Origin: Betaproteobacteria bacterium
GTDB lineage: Bacteria; Pseudomonadota; Gammaproteobacteria; Burkholderiales; CAIKXV01
DNA: 31,892 nt
Assembly (NCBI GenBank): GCA_947456915.1
Contig: CANGUQ010000001.1
Span: forward strand, 1-31,892
Reading direction: 5' to 3'
Shown: positions 8,822 to 16,836 of the stretch, piece after piece
Numbering within the stretch: position 1 is the first letter of the stretch
Layout: each line of letters begins with the position of its first letter
The notes under the pieces: model-generated
Seen by the model: only the letters and a program-made list of their open reading frames with translations
Database searches by the model: none
Told to the model about the DNA's origin: nothing
Made by a program: the position numbers and the translations under genes

Positions 8822-9739
8822 ATGGCTCTTGAACTCGATAGCGCAAGCGCCGGCTTCTCCCGGCTGGTCGATGCCGATGCACCGTTCGACCGCATCGCGC
8901 ACGGCCTGTACTTCGGCGAAGGCCCGGTGTGGGACCGACGCACCAAGCAGCTCTACTGGGTCGACATCATCGGCAACACGATCTGGAAATGGCGTCCCGG
9001 CGGCGGGCAGGACATCGTGATGCGCCCCTCGGCGCATGCCAACGGCATGACCTTCGACCGCGAGGGCCGGCTCAACGTGGCCGGCTGGTGCTCGCGCTCG
9101 GTGTGGCGCTTCGAGCCCGACGGCACGTGCACCACGCTCGCCTCGCACTACGACGGGGTGAAGATCAACACGCCCAACGACATCGTCGTGCGCTCCGACG
9201 GGCAGGTCTACTTCACCGACTCCGCCGGCGGCCTGGTGATCCCGGGCATGGTGGCGGAGGACGTGCAGCGCTACCTCGACTTCCAGGGCGTTTACCGGGT
9301 CGGCGGCGATGCGGCCACCGGCGGCAGCGATCGGCTGCAGCTCGCGAGCGACGAGGTGAGCTACCCGAACGGACTCGCCTTCTCCCCCGACGAGAAACTG
9401 CTGTACGTGAACGACACGCGGCAGGCCTACATCCGCGTGTTCGACGTCAACGCCGACGGCAGCCTCGGTCCCGGGCGACGTTTCCACGACATGACGGGAA
9501 CCGAGGGCGGAGTCGCCGACGGCATGAAGTGCGACAGCGAAGGCAACGTGTGGTGCACCGGTCCCGGCGGGCTGCACGTGATCGACCCTTCCGGAAAGCT
9601 GCTCGGGCGCATCTTCGTGCCCAGCCATCACGCCACCAACTTCTGCTGGGGGGGTGATGACTGGCGCACGCTGTACATCACCACCTTCACCTCGGTCTGG
9701 CGCACTCGCGTGAAGCTGCCCGGCATCCCCGTGTGGTGA
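8822..9739 (+). CDS. SMP-30/gluconolactonase family protein (canonical metal ligands)
   Basis: FGEGPVWD, ANGMTFD, TPNDIVV, YPNGLAFSPDEKLLYV, ADGMKCDSEGNVW, TNFCWGG. Confidence 0.94.
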   Translation: MALELDSASAGFSRLVDADAPFDRIAHGLYFGEGPVWDRRTKQLYWVDIIGNTIWKWRPGGGQDIVMRPSAHANGMTFDREGRLNVAGWCSRSVWRFEPDGTCTTLASHYDGVKINTPNDIVVRSDGQVYFTDSAGGLVIPGMVAEDVQRYLDFQGVYRVGGDAATGGSDRLQLASDEVSYPNGLAFSPDEKLLYVNDTRQAYIRVFDVNADGSLGPGRRFHDMTGTEGGVADGMKCDSEGNVWCTGPGGLHVIDPSGKLLGRIFVPSHHATNFCWGGDDWRTLYITTFTSVWRTRVKLPGIPVW

Positions 9740-9812
9740 GCGCGCCGGCTCTGCGGCCGAACACTGATCGAATACGCAATTCGCAACCGGTGCGCGCACC
9801 GGCAGGAGAACG

Positions 9813-10733
9813 ATGATGGGATGGAGCTTCGAAACGGTGAGCGGGCCTGGCGGCACACCCTTCACCGGCGCACTGGGCGGACTCGCCTGGGACGGCAGCG
9901 GTCTGCTGGTGAGCGCAACGGAAGCCGGATTCATCTATCGCCTCGATCCGGCGAGCGGTGCGGTGACCGAGTGGCGCAAATACGCCAATCGCGTCAACGG
10001 CATCGCGTTCTCGACCGAGCCGGGTGTGCTGTTCGGCTGCCAGGAGGGCGGCCGACGGGTGATCCAGTTCCAGCCGCGCGGCACGGCAAACCCGACGGCC
10101 ACCCGCATCGACGGCGCCGTGCACAACTTCCCGTGCGATCTGTGCGTCGACCGTGCAGGACGCGTCTGGTTCTCCGACCCGTACAGCCACGTCCTGTCGT
10201 TCGGACCGCAGATCTTCCCGCCGCTGCACCACGCCTCGGTACTGCGCCTCGCACGCGACGAGCGTGCGCACTGGCACCTCGACCGGGTCACCGAGGACAC
10301 ACATGCGCCACGCGCGCTGGTGCTCTCGCCCGACGAGAAGACGCTCTATCTCGCCGAAGGCGAGGTCGGTCGGCCGGGGCCGCGCGAACTGCGCGCCTAT
10401 CCGGTCGATGCCCACGGCCATGTCGGCCGGCCCGTCGTGCTGCACACCTTCGGCAGTGACCATCGTGGCGAGCATCGCGGCATCGAAGGACTCTGCCTCG
10501 ACTCCGCGGGCAACCTGATCGCCGTGTGCGGCGCCCGCGCCGCCGGTCCCGGTCCGCACGTGATGGTGTTTTCGCCCGCGGGTACGGTACTCGAGTCACA
10601 CCCGCTGCCCGAGGATCTGCCGGCGCGCTGTGCGTTCGGCGGCCCGGCACTCGACACGCTGTACATCTCGACGCTGACCGGCAAGATGATCAAGGCCACC
10701 GGCATCGGGCGCAGCGGGTACCGGAGGTTCTAG
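9813..10733 (+). CDS. SMP-30/gluconolactonase-like protein with substituted metal ligands
   Basis: AGGAG SD; VNGIAFS, FPCDLCVDRAGRVWFSDP, LSPDEKTLYLA, EGLCLDSAGNL, CAFGGPALDTLYIST propeller blades. Confidence 0.88.
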   Translation: MMGWSFETVSGPGGTPFTGALGGLAWDGSGLLVSATEAGFIYRLDPASGAVTEWRKYANRVNGIAFSTEPGVLFGCQEGGRRVIQFQPRGTANPTATRIDGAVHNFPCDLCVDRAGRVWFSDPYSHVLSFGPQIFPPLHHASVLRLARDERAHWHLDRVTEDTHAPRALVLSPDEKTLYLAEGEVGRPGPRELRAYPVDAHGHVGRPVVLHTFGSDHRGEHRGIEGLCLDSAGNLIAVCGARAAGPGPHVMVFSPAGTVLESHPLPEDLPARCAFGGPALDTLYISTLTGKMIKATGIGRSGYRRF

Positions 10734-10811
10734 CCGGGCGGTGGTTGCGTGGTGAGGCGTTGACTTTGTGGAGAGGCCCCGGCAGAGGGCCGCAAACCCG
10801 AGGAGGTCGAT

Positions 10812-11813
10812 ATGCTCACAGTGCGTTGGCAGAGGATCGTGCTGGAGGTCGCCGTCGCGCCGGCAGCCGCAGTCGGCGTGGCGGTGCTGGGCGCGCTGGC
10901 GGCACCGGTGCCGGTATCGGCGCAGGAGTTTCCGCAAAAGCCGATCCGCATCGTCGTCGGGCCCGGCCCGGACGTCGTCGGACGCCTGCTCGGCGCGCAG
11001 TTCACCGAGACGTGGGGCCAGCAGACGGTCATCGATCCACGCCCGGGCGGCGGTGGTGTCATCGCTGCCGAACTGGTAGCGAAGGCGCCGGCAGACGGCC
11101 ATACGCTGCTGCTGGGCAGCGCCGCCTACACGATCAATGCGGTGCTGCAACCCGGTTCGACCGACCTGATGCGCGACTTCACGCCGGTGGCGTTCGCCGC
11201 CTCCTCGCCGTTCGTGCTGCTCGTGCACCCTTCGCTGCCGGTGAAATCAGCGGCGGAGTTCGTCGCGCTCGCGCGCAAGCGGCCCGGGCAGATCAACTAC
11301 GCGTCCTCGGGCAACGGTACGCCGCCGCACCTGGCCGGCGAGCTGTTCAAGTCCTCGGCGAAGATCGATCTGGTACACGTGCCGTACAAGTCGGCGGGCC
11401 CGGCGATCATCGACGCGGTCGCCGGCCATGTGCAGATGATGTTCGGGATCGCTTCGGTGGCGGTGCCGCAGATGCAGGGCGGCAAACTGCGCGGGCTGGC
11501 AGTGACCAGTCGCGAGCGCTCCCGCCTGGCCCCGGAACTGCCTACGCTCGCCGAGGCCGCCGGGCTGCCGGGCTTCGAGGTGATCGGCTGGAACGGACTC
11601 CTCGCGCCGGCGGCCACGCCGCGGGCGGTGGTCGGTCGACTCAACGCCGAGTCGATGCGCGCGCTGGCCAAGCCGGAGTTCCAGGCGAAGCTGATCGCGG
11701 CCGGGTACGAGCCCGGCGCGCCGAACACGCCGGAGCAGTTCGTAGAGTACATGCGCGGCGAGATCGCCCGCTGGACGAAGCTCGTGAAGGAAACAGGAAT
11801 GAAGGTGGATTGA
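10812..11813 (+). CDS. TctC/Bug-family substrate-binding protein
   Basis: AGGAGGT SD; signal peptide; ADGHTLLL, YASSGNGTPPHL, HVPYKS, GKLRGLAVT motifs. Confidence 0.94.
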   Translation: MLTVRWQRIVLEVAVAPAAAVGVAVLGALAAPVPVSAQEFPQKPIRIVVGPGPDVVGRLLGAQFTETWGQQTVIDPRPGGGGVIAAELVAKAPADGHTLLLGSAAYTINAVLQPGSTDLMRDFTPVAFAASSPFVLLVHPSLPVKSAAEFVALARKRPGQINYASSGNGTPPHLAGELFKSSAKIDLVHVPYKSAGPAIIDAVAGHVQMMFGIASVAVPQMQGGKLRGLAVTSRERSRLAPELPTLAEAAGLPGFEVIGWNGLLAPAATPRAVVGRLNAESMRALAKPEFQAKLIAAGYEPGAPNTPEQFVEYMRGEIARWTKLVKETGMKVD

Positions 11814-11936
11814 GCCGTGAAGCCGCGCGGGGGCAGGCCCGGTCCGCTCCCGCGGCGCGCAGCGGCAACGGATGATGCGTGCGCCGCGCGCGCGCGCGTC
11901 AAGAGTGACGCATCCGACCTGCAAGCACAGACCACG

Positions 11937-12962
11937 ATGACCCGCACACCCTCTGCCGATGCCGTGACCCGCGGCCAGCCTGCACGCACGGGCGCTCTGG
12001 CGCTCGCGTGCGCCACGCTGCTGGTTGCAGCCGCACCGGTGCCGGCGCAGACCCCGCCGCGCGATTACCCGTTGAAGGCGCTGCGACTGGTTGCGCCGTT
12101 TCCGCCTGGCGGCTCGTCGGATCTCGTCGCGCGGGTGGTGGCCCAGGGTCTCGCCGAAGCGCTGGGCCAGGCAGTGATCACCGACAATCGCGCCGGTGCC
12201 GGCGGCAGCGTGGGCAGCGCGCTGGTGGCGAAATCGGCACCGGACGGCTACACGCTGCTGCTCGCCGGCGTGGGCCCGATCGCCACCAACGTGCACCTCT
12301 ACCCGGATGTCGGCTACGACCCGTTGCGCGACTTCGCCGCGCTGACCCCGGTGGCGAGCGCACCGACGATGCTGGTCTCGCACCCGAGCGTTCCGGCGAA
12401 GAACGTGAAGGAGCTGCTCGCGCTGGCACGACAGAAGCCGGGCTGGCTCACCTGCGGTTCGGGCGGGGTGGGCACCCCCGCCCACCTGGGCTGCGAGATG
12501 TTCAAGCTGCTCGCCCGGGTCGACATCCTGCACGTGGCCTACAAGGGCAGCGGCCAGGCGATCAACGACCTGCTCGGTGGCCAGATCCACCTCGTGTTCG
12601 CGAGCACGCCGGTCGGCGTGCCGAATCTGCGCAACGGCAAGCTGCGCGGCTTCGCCGTCACCTCGGCTGCGCGCACGCCGCAGGCACCCGAGCTGCCCAC
12701 GCTGGACGAATCCGGCGTGAACGGATACGTGTTCGACAGCTGGTGGGGCGCCTTCATGCCCGCACGCACCGCAGCGCCCATCGTCGAGCGCGTCGCCAGC
12801 GAAATCGGTCGCATCGTGCAGCTGCCCGACACGCGCGAGCGCTTCGCCACGCTCGGCCTGGACCCGTACGTGCTCACCCCGAAGCAGTTCGCCGCCATGG
12901 TGCGCGCCGACGTCGAGCGCATCGGGCGACTGGTGCGCGAAGCGGGAATAAAGCCCGAGTGA
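11937..12962 (+). CDS. TctC/Bug-family substrate-binding protein
   Basis: PFPPGGSSDLVAR, DNRAGAGG, PDGYTLL, HVAYKG, GKLRGFAVT motifs. Start re-picked at ATG 11937. Confidence 0.94.
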   Translation: MTRTPSADAVTRGQPARTGALALACATLLVAAAPVPAQTPPRDYPLKALRLVAPFPPGGSSDLVARVVAQGLAEALGQAVITDNRAGAGGSVGSALVAKSAPDGYTLLLAGVGPIATNVHLYPDVGYDPLRDFAALTPVASAPTMLVSHPSVPAKNVKELLALARQKPGWLTCGSGGVGTPAHLGCEMFKLLARVDILHVAYKGSGQAINDLLGGQIHLVFASTPVGVPNLRNGKLRGFAVTSAARTPQAPELPTLDESGVNGYVFDSWWGAFMPARTAAPIVERVASEIGRIVQLPDTRERFATLGLDPYVLTPKQFAAMVRADVERIGRLVREAGIKPE

Positions 12963-13098
12963 TGCACGAGCGCTCCCCCGATACCGCTGCGCGGCCGGCC
13001 AGTTGCACCACCATCGCAGCCGGCGGCAGCGGCCGCGCGCGCCTGTCGCGCCGGTCCGCCGTCGTCTCCCGCAACCCGAGAGCCCACCGGAGCACGCA

Positions 13099-14124
13099 AT
13101 GACCCGCCGCAGCAAGACGACCGCGAAGCCGCGCCGCATCGACGTGCACAGCCACGTGATTCCGAAGCCGATGCTGGAGGCGATCGAACGCGACCCGGCA
13201 CGCTTCCAGATGCGTTTCGAGATGCGTGACGGCAGGCGCCGCATCGTGCGCGAAGGCGGCAACGTGTTTCCCGTGTACGACGAGTTCTCCGATGCCGCGG
13301 TGAAGGTCGCCGGCATGGACCGCAAGGGTCTGGACGTGTCGTTCATCTCGCCGGCGCCGATGGTGCTGTTCTACTGGCTCGACGCCGATGTCGCGCTCGA
13401 AGGCTCGCGCATCGTCAACGACGGCATTGCCGAGATGGTGGCGCAGTATCCGGATCGGCTGAAAGGCATGGGCACGCTGCCGATGCAGCACCCTGATGCG
13501 GCGATCGCCGAGCTGGAACGCATCGTGCGCGATCACGGGTTTCGTGCGATCGAGCTCGGCACGTCGGTCGGCGAGGAGCAGCTCTCCGACCCGCGATTCC
13601 GGCCGGTGCTGCGGCGCGCGCAGGAGCTCAAGGTGTTCATCTTCGCGCACCCGTACTCGTTCACGCCAGAGTGCGGCACGGAGCACTACCACCTGCGCAA
13701 TCTGATCGGCAACCCGCTGCACACGACGATCATGGTCGGCAACCTGATGTTCAGCGGCGCGCTCGACGATCTGAAGACGCTGAAGATCGTGCTCGCGCAC
13801 GGCGGGGGCTACGTTCCCTACCAGATCGGTCGCTTCGTGCACGGGCACAAGGTGCGCCACGACACGAAGCAGCACACGAGGACCTCTCCCGAGAAGATGC
13901 TGCGGCGGTTCTGGTACGACGCTCTGGTACACGACGAGCGCGCGCTGCGCTATCTGATCGATCGCGTCGGTGCGGACCGTGTCGTGCTCGGCACCGACGC
14001 TCCGTTCGACATGGGCGAGGAAGCGCCGCTCGCGCGACTCGCGCAGGTGAAGCGGCTGACTCCTGCCGAGCGGGCGATGATCGTCCACGGCAACGCGCAG
14101 AAGCTCTACGGGAGAAAGCTGTAG
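13099..14124 (+). CDS. amidohydrolase-2 family metalloenzyme (ACMSD-like decarboxylase/hydratase)
   Basis: IDVHSHVIP (HxH), FAHP, VLAHGGGYVPYQIGR and VLGTDAPFDMG motifs. Start re-picked at ATG 13099. Confidence 0.9.
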   Translation: MTRRSKTTAKPRRIDVHSHVIPKPMLEAIERDPARFQMRFEMRDGRRRIVREGGNVFPVYDEFSDAAVKVAGMDRKGLDVSFISPAPMVLFYWLDADVALEGSRIVNDGIAEMVAQYPDRLKGMGTLPMQHPDAAIAELERIVRDHGFRAIELGTSVGEEQLSDPRFRPVLRRAQELKVFIFAHPYSFTPECGTEHYHLRNLIGNPLHTTIMVGNLMFSGALDDLKTLKIVLAHGGGYVPYQIGRFVHGHKVRHDTKQHTRTSPEKMLRRFWYDALVHDERALRYLIDRVGADRVVLGTDAPFDMGEEAPLARLAQVKRLTPAERAMIVHGNAQKLYGRKL

Positions 14125-14126
14125 CG

Positions 14127-15239
14127 ATGGTCACCGCCGATCGCATGCACCGGCGTCGCGTGCGCTGCCGTATGCCGCGGCCGGAGCGCGCCGGCTGCGC
14201 TCCCGGAACGGGTTGCGGCTGCGCTGCGGTGAAAGCGCCTCGCCGCGTACCGCTGCGGTGCGCAGTCGTGGCGCTGGCCGCGGTTGCGACGGTCGATCCC
14301 GGCTGGGCACAGTCCCCTGGCGCGTCGGCTGGCGCGACGAACTTTCCCACGCGTTCGCTGCGCCTGATCGTGCCTTCGGGCCCGGTCGGACCGAGCGATT
14401 TCCTCGCCCGGGCACTCGCCTCGCGACTGGCGGAGAACCTGAAGCAGCCGGTGACCGTCGACAACCGGCCGGGCGCGGGCGGTACGCTGGGTACCACGCT
14501 CACCGCGCGCGCGGCGCCCGACGGCTACACGCTGCTGGTGATGGGTCTGAACAACTATGCGATCAACGCAACCCTCTACGGCTCGCTCCAGTACGACCCG
14601 CTGAAGGATCTCGCACCGGTGTCGATCCTCGCCGAGGCGCCGCTGCTGATCGCCGTGCACCCGTCGGTCCCGGCGAAGAGCGTGGCGCAGCTGGTCGCGC
14701 TTGCGCGCAATCACAGGAAGGGTCTCGACTATGCCTCGGGCGGCGCAGGCACCGGCCCGCACCTGGCGATGGAGCTGTTTCTCGAGCGCACCGGCGTCAG
14801 GATGGAGCACATCCCCTACAAGGGGGCGGGCGCAGCGCTGAACGAGCTGATCGCCGGCCAGGTCGGCGTGACGATGGTCAACATGACCGCCGGACTGCCG
14901 TTCGTGCGGGCGGGCAAGCTGCGCGCGATCGCGGTGACCAGCGCCGCGCGAGCGCCGAGCGCGAAGGACATCCCGACCATCGCCGAATCCGGTTATCCCG
15001 ACTTCATCACTACCGGTCAGCACTTCGCCGTCGTTCCCGGCGCCACCCCGCGCGAACTGGTCGCTCGACTGCACGGCGAACTCACGCGGGCGATCCACTC
15101 GCCCGAAGTGCGCGAGCGACTCGCCGCAGAGGGCTCGGAGATCGTCGGCAGCACACCGGAGCAGGCCGCGCAGGTCACGCGCGAGGAGATCGCGCGCTGG
15201 GCGAAGGTGATCAGGCGGCTGGGGTTGACGGCGAACTGA
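14127..15239 (+). CDS. TctC/Bug-family substrate-binding protein
   Basis: VDNRPGAGG, PDGYTLL, YASGGAGTGPHL, HIPYKG, GKLRAIAVT motifs. Start uncertain (ATG 14127, ATG 14172 or GTG 14229). Confidence 0.92.
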   Translation: MVTADRMHRRRVRCRMPRPERAGCAPGTGCGCAAVKAPRRVPLRCAVVALAAVATVDPGWAQSPGASAGATNFPTRSLRLIVPSGPVGPSDFLARALASRLAENLKQPVTVDNRPGAGGTLGTTLTARAAPDGYTLLVMGLNNYAINATLYGSLQYDPLKDLAPVSILAEAPLLIAVHPSVPAKSVAQLVALARNHRKGLDYASGGAGTGPHLAMELFLERTGVRMEHIPYKGAGAALNELIAGQVGVTMVNMTAGLPFVRAGKLRAIAVTSAARAPSAKDIPTIAESGYPDFITTGQHFAVVPGATPRELVARLHGELTRAIHSPEVRERLAAEGSEIVGSTPEQAAQVTREEIARWAKVIRRLGLTAN

Positions 15240-15304
15240 GACGATGCGCCGGCCCGGCTGCACCGCCGCCAGCGGGCGGCGTCAACCCGGCGTACCGCGC
15301 GCGC

Positions 15305-15337
15305 TGCCGGCATGTCCGGTGCGCCGTGATGCCGGCA
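15305..15337. terminator. GC-rich hairpin between convergent genes (possible terminator or stabiliser)
   Basis: 9-bp inverted repeat TGCCGGCAT...ATGCCGGCA between convergent stops at 15239 and 15413; no U-tract. Confidence 0.25.
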
Positions 15338-15412
15338 CACGACCGGCTCACGCGACCCGCTTCGCCCTGCGCCGCAATTGCGCCGGGCCGGTGGCGGTCC
15401 GCTCCGGCTCGC

Positions 15413-15817
15413 TCACGCTTCTCGCCACTGCGCGATGTCGAAGGTGTCCGGAACAGGCAGGATCAGGCTGCGCCGCGGGCCGATCAGCTCGCGCGCCATG
15501 TGCCCCTCGCCCACGGTGTCCTCGGCGAACAGCACGTCGCCGGGGCCGAACACCCGGCTGCTGCCGTCCCCGACCTTGAGTTCCACAGCGCCGCTCAGCG
15601 TGATCACGAACTGCCGCTGCGGCGGGGTGTGAAAGTCGGGGGACCCGTCGAGCGGATTCTCGCGAAAGACGACGCCCTTCACGGGAACCATCTGCGTCTT
15701 GTAGGAGAACAGCGTCCCGAGCCTGAACTCGTCCATCGGCAGGTACAGATCCTCGAAGTGCGATCGTCCGTCATCGCCCGTGTAGACCCGCACGATCCTC
15801 GTTCGCCTGTCGCTCAT
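15413..15817 (-). CDS. small cupin domain protein
   Basis: C-terminal 134 aa of ORF 15413..16879: RIVRVYTGDDGRSHFED, DFHTPPQRQFVITLSG, FGPGDVLFAEDTVGEGH. ATG is 2 nt after the upstream stop. Confidence 0.85.
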   Translation of the reverse strand: MSDRRTRIVRVYTGDDGRSHFEDLYLPMDEFRLGTLFSYKTQMVPVKGVVFRENPLDGSPDFHTPPQRQFVITLSGAVELKVGDGSSRVFGPGDVLFAEDTVGEGHMARELIGPRRSLILPVPDTFDIAQWREA

Positions 15818-15819
15818 CG

Positions 15820-16836
15820 TCACTCCACCTTGGCCTTCGACCGCCGCACCACGACCGCCCACTTCGCGAGCTCGGACTCGATGTAGCGGGCGAACTCGGC
15901 GGGCGAACTGCCGACGATGTCGATGCCCTGCGCCTCGAACGCCTCGCGCACATCGTTCATCTTCAGGATGTTCATCGTCTCCTGGTACAGCCGGTCGATC
16001 ACCTCCGCCGGAGTGCCCGCGGGTGCGAGCATGCCGTACCAGGCGCTCGACTCGAACTTCGGGATGGTTTCGGCGAACGTCGGCACCTCGGGTGCGGCTG
16101 CAGAGCGCTTCGCCCCGGTCATGCCCAGCGCGCGAAGCTTGCCCGCCTTCACGTGCCCGATCACCGAGGGCATGCTCACCATCATCAGCGGTACCTGACC
16201 ACCGAGCACGTCGGTGACCGCGGGCGCGGCGCCGCGGTAGGGAACGTGCACGATGTCGATGCCGGTCTCCATCCTGAGCAGCTCGGCCGACAGGTGGGCC
16301 GTGGAGCCGCTTCCCGCCGTCGCGTAGTCGAGCTGGCCGGGTCGGGCTCTGGCAAAGGCGATGAAATCCTTCAGCGACCTGACCGGCAGCACCGGGTTGG
16401 CAACCAGGATGTTCGGCACCGATCCGACCAGCGAGACAGGCGCAAAGCTCCTGACCGGATCGAACGGGATCTTGCCGTACAGCGCCGGGTTGACCGCCAG
16501 CTGCGCACTTGCGGCGAACAGCAGGGTGTGGCCGTCGGGGGGCGCATTGGCGGCCATCTCGGCAGCGATGTTCCCGCCCGCACCGGCCCGGTTGTCGATG
16601 ACTACCTGCTGGCCCCAGCGCTCGGACATCTTGCGCCCGATGGTTCGCGCCATGATGTCGGTGGCGCCCCCCGGCGGAAACGGAACGATGACCCGAATGG
16701 CACGCACGGGATAGGCGATCTTCGTCGCGGGTGCCTGCGCATGCGCGGCGCCGGCAAGGCCGGCAACGCAGAATCCGCAAAGCGCGGCAAGCGTTGCTGC
16801 CGCGCGCGCGAGGGTGCCGGTCGCGCAGCTGTCCAT
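15820..16836 (-). CDS. TctC/Bug-family substrate-binding protein
   Basis: PFPPGGATDIMAR, DNRAGAGG, HVPYRG, GKLRALG motifs. Its ATG overlaps the upstream stop (TGATG). Confidence 0.95.
   Translation of the reverse strand: MDSCATGTLARAAATLAALCGFCVAGLAGAAHAQAPATKIAYPVRAIRVIVPFPPGGATDIMARTIGRKMSERWGQQVVIDNRAGAGGNIAAEMAANAPPDGHTLLFAASAQLAVNPALYGKIPFDPVRSFAPVSLVGSVPNILVANPVLPVRSLKDFIAFARARPGQLDYATAGSGSTAHLSAELLRMETGIDIVHVPYRGAAPAVTDVLGGQVPLMMVSMPSVIGHVKAGKLRALGMTGAKRSAAAPEVPTFAETIPKFESSAWYGMLAPAGTPAEVIDRLYQETMNILKMNDVREAFEAQGIDIVGSSPAEFARYIESELAKWAVVVRRSKAKVE

Noticed and set aside
6682-8832. 716-aa Arg/Ala/Gly-rich alternate-frame ORF, and the many similar ORFs in the track
   Set aside because: Off-frame read-through of real genes with typical GC-rich low-complexity translation.
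6872-9934. 1020-aa minus-strand ORF
   Set aside because: Antisense shadow of the ThDP enzyme and lactonase genes; no motifs; long stop-free frames are expected in GC-rich coding DNA.
10740-10811. GGAGAG...GCAAAC segment resembling a glycine or c-di-GMP riboswitch
   Set aside because: Too short and lacks core motifs such as CCGAAG and CTCTCAGG; only a 5-bp stem is present.
14127-14230. Cys/Arg-rich N-terminal extension on a TctC as a possible metal-binding or Tat leader
   Set aside because: No S/T-RR-x-FL motif; more likely translated spacer with a later true start.
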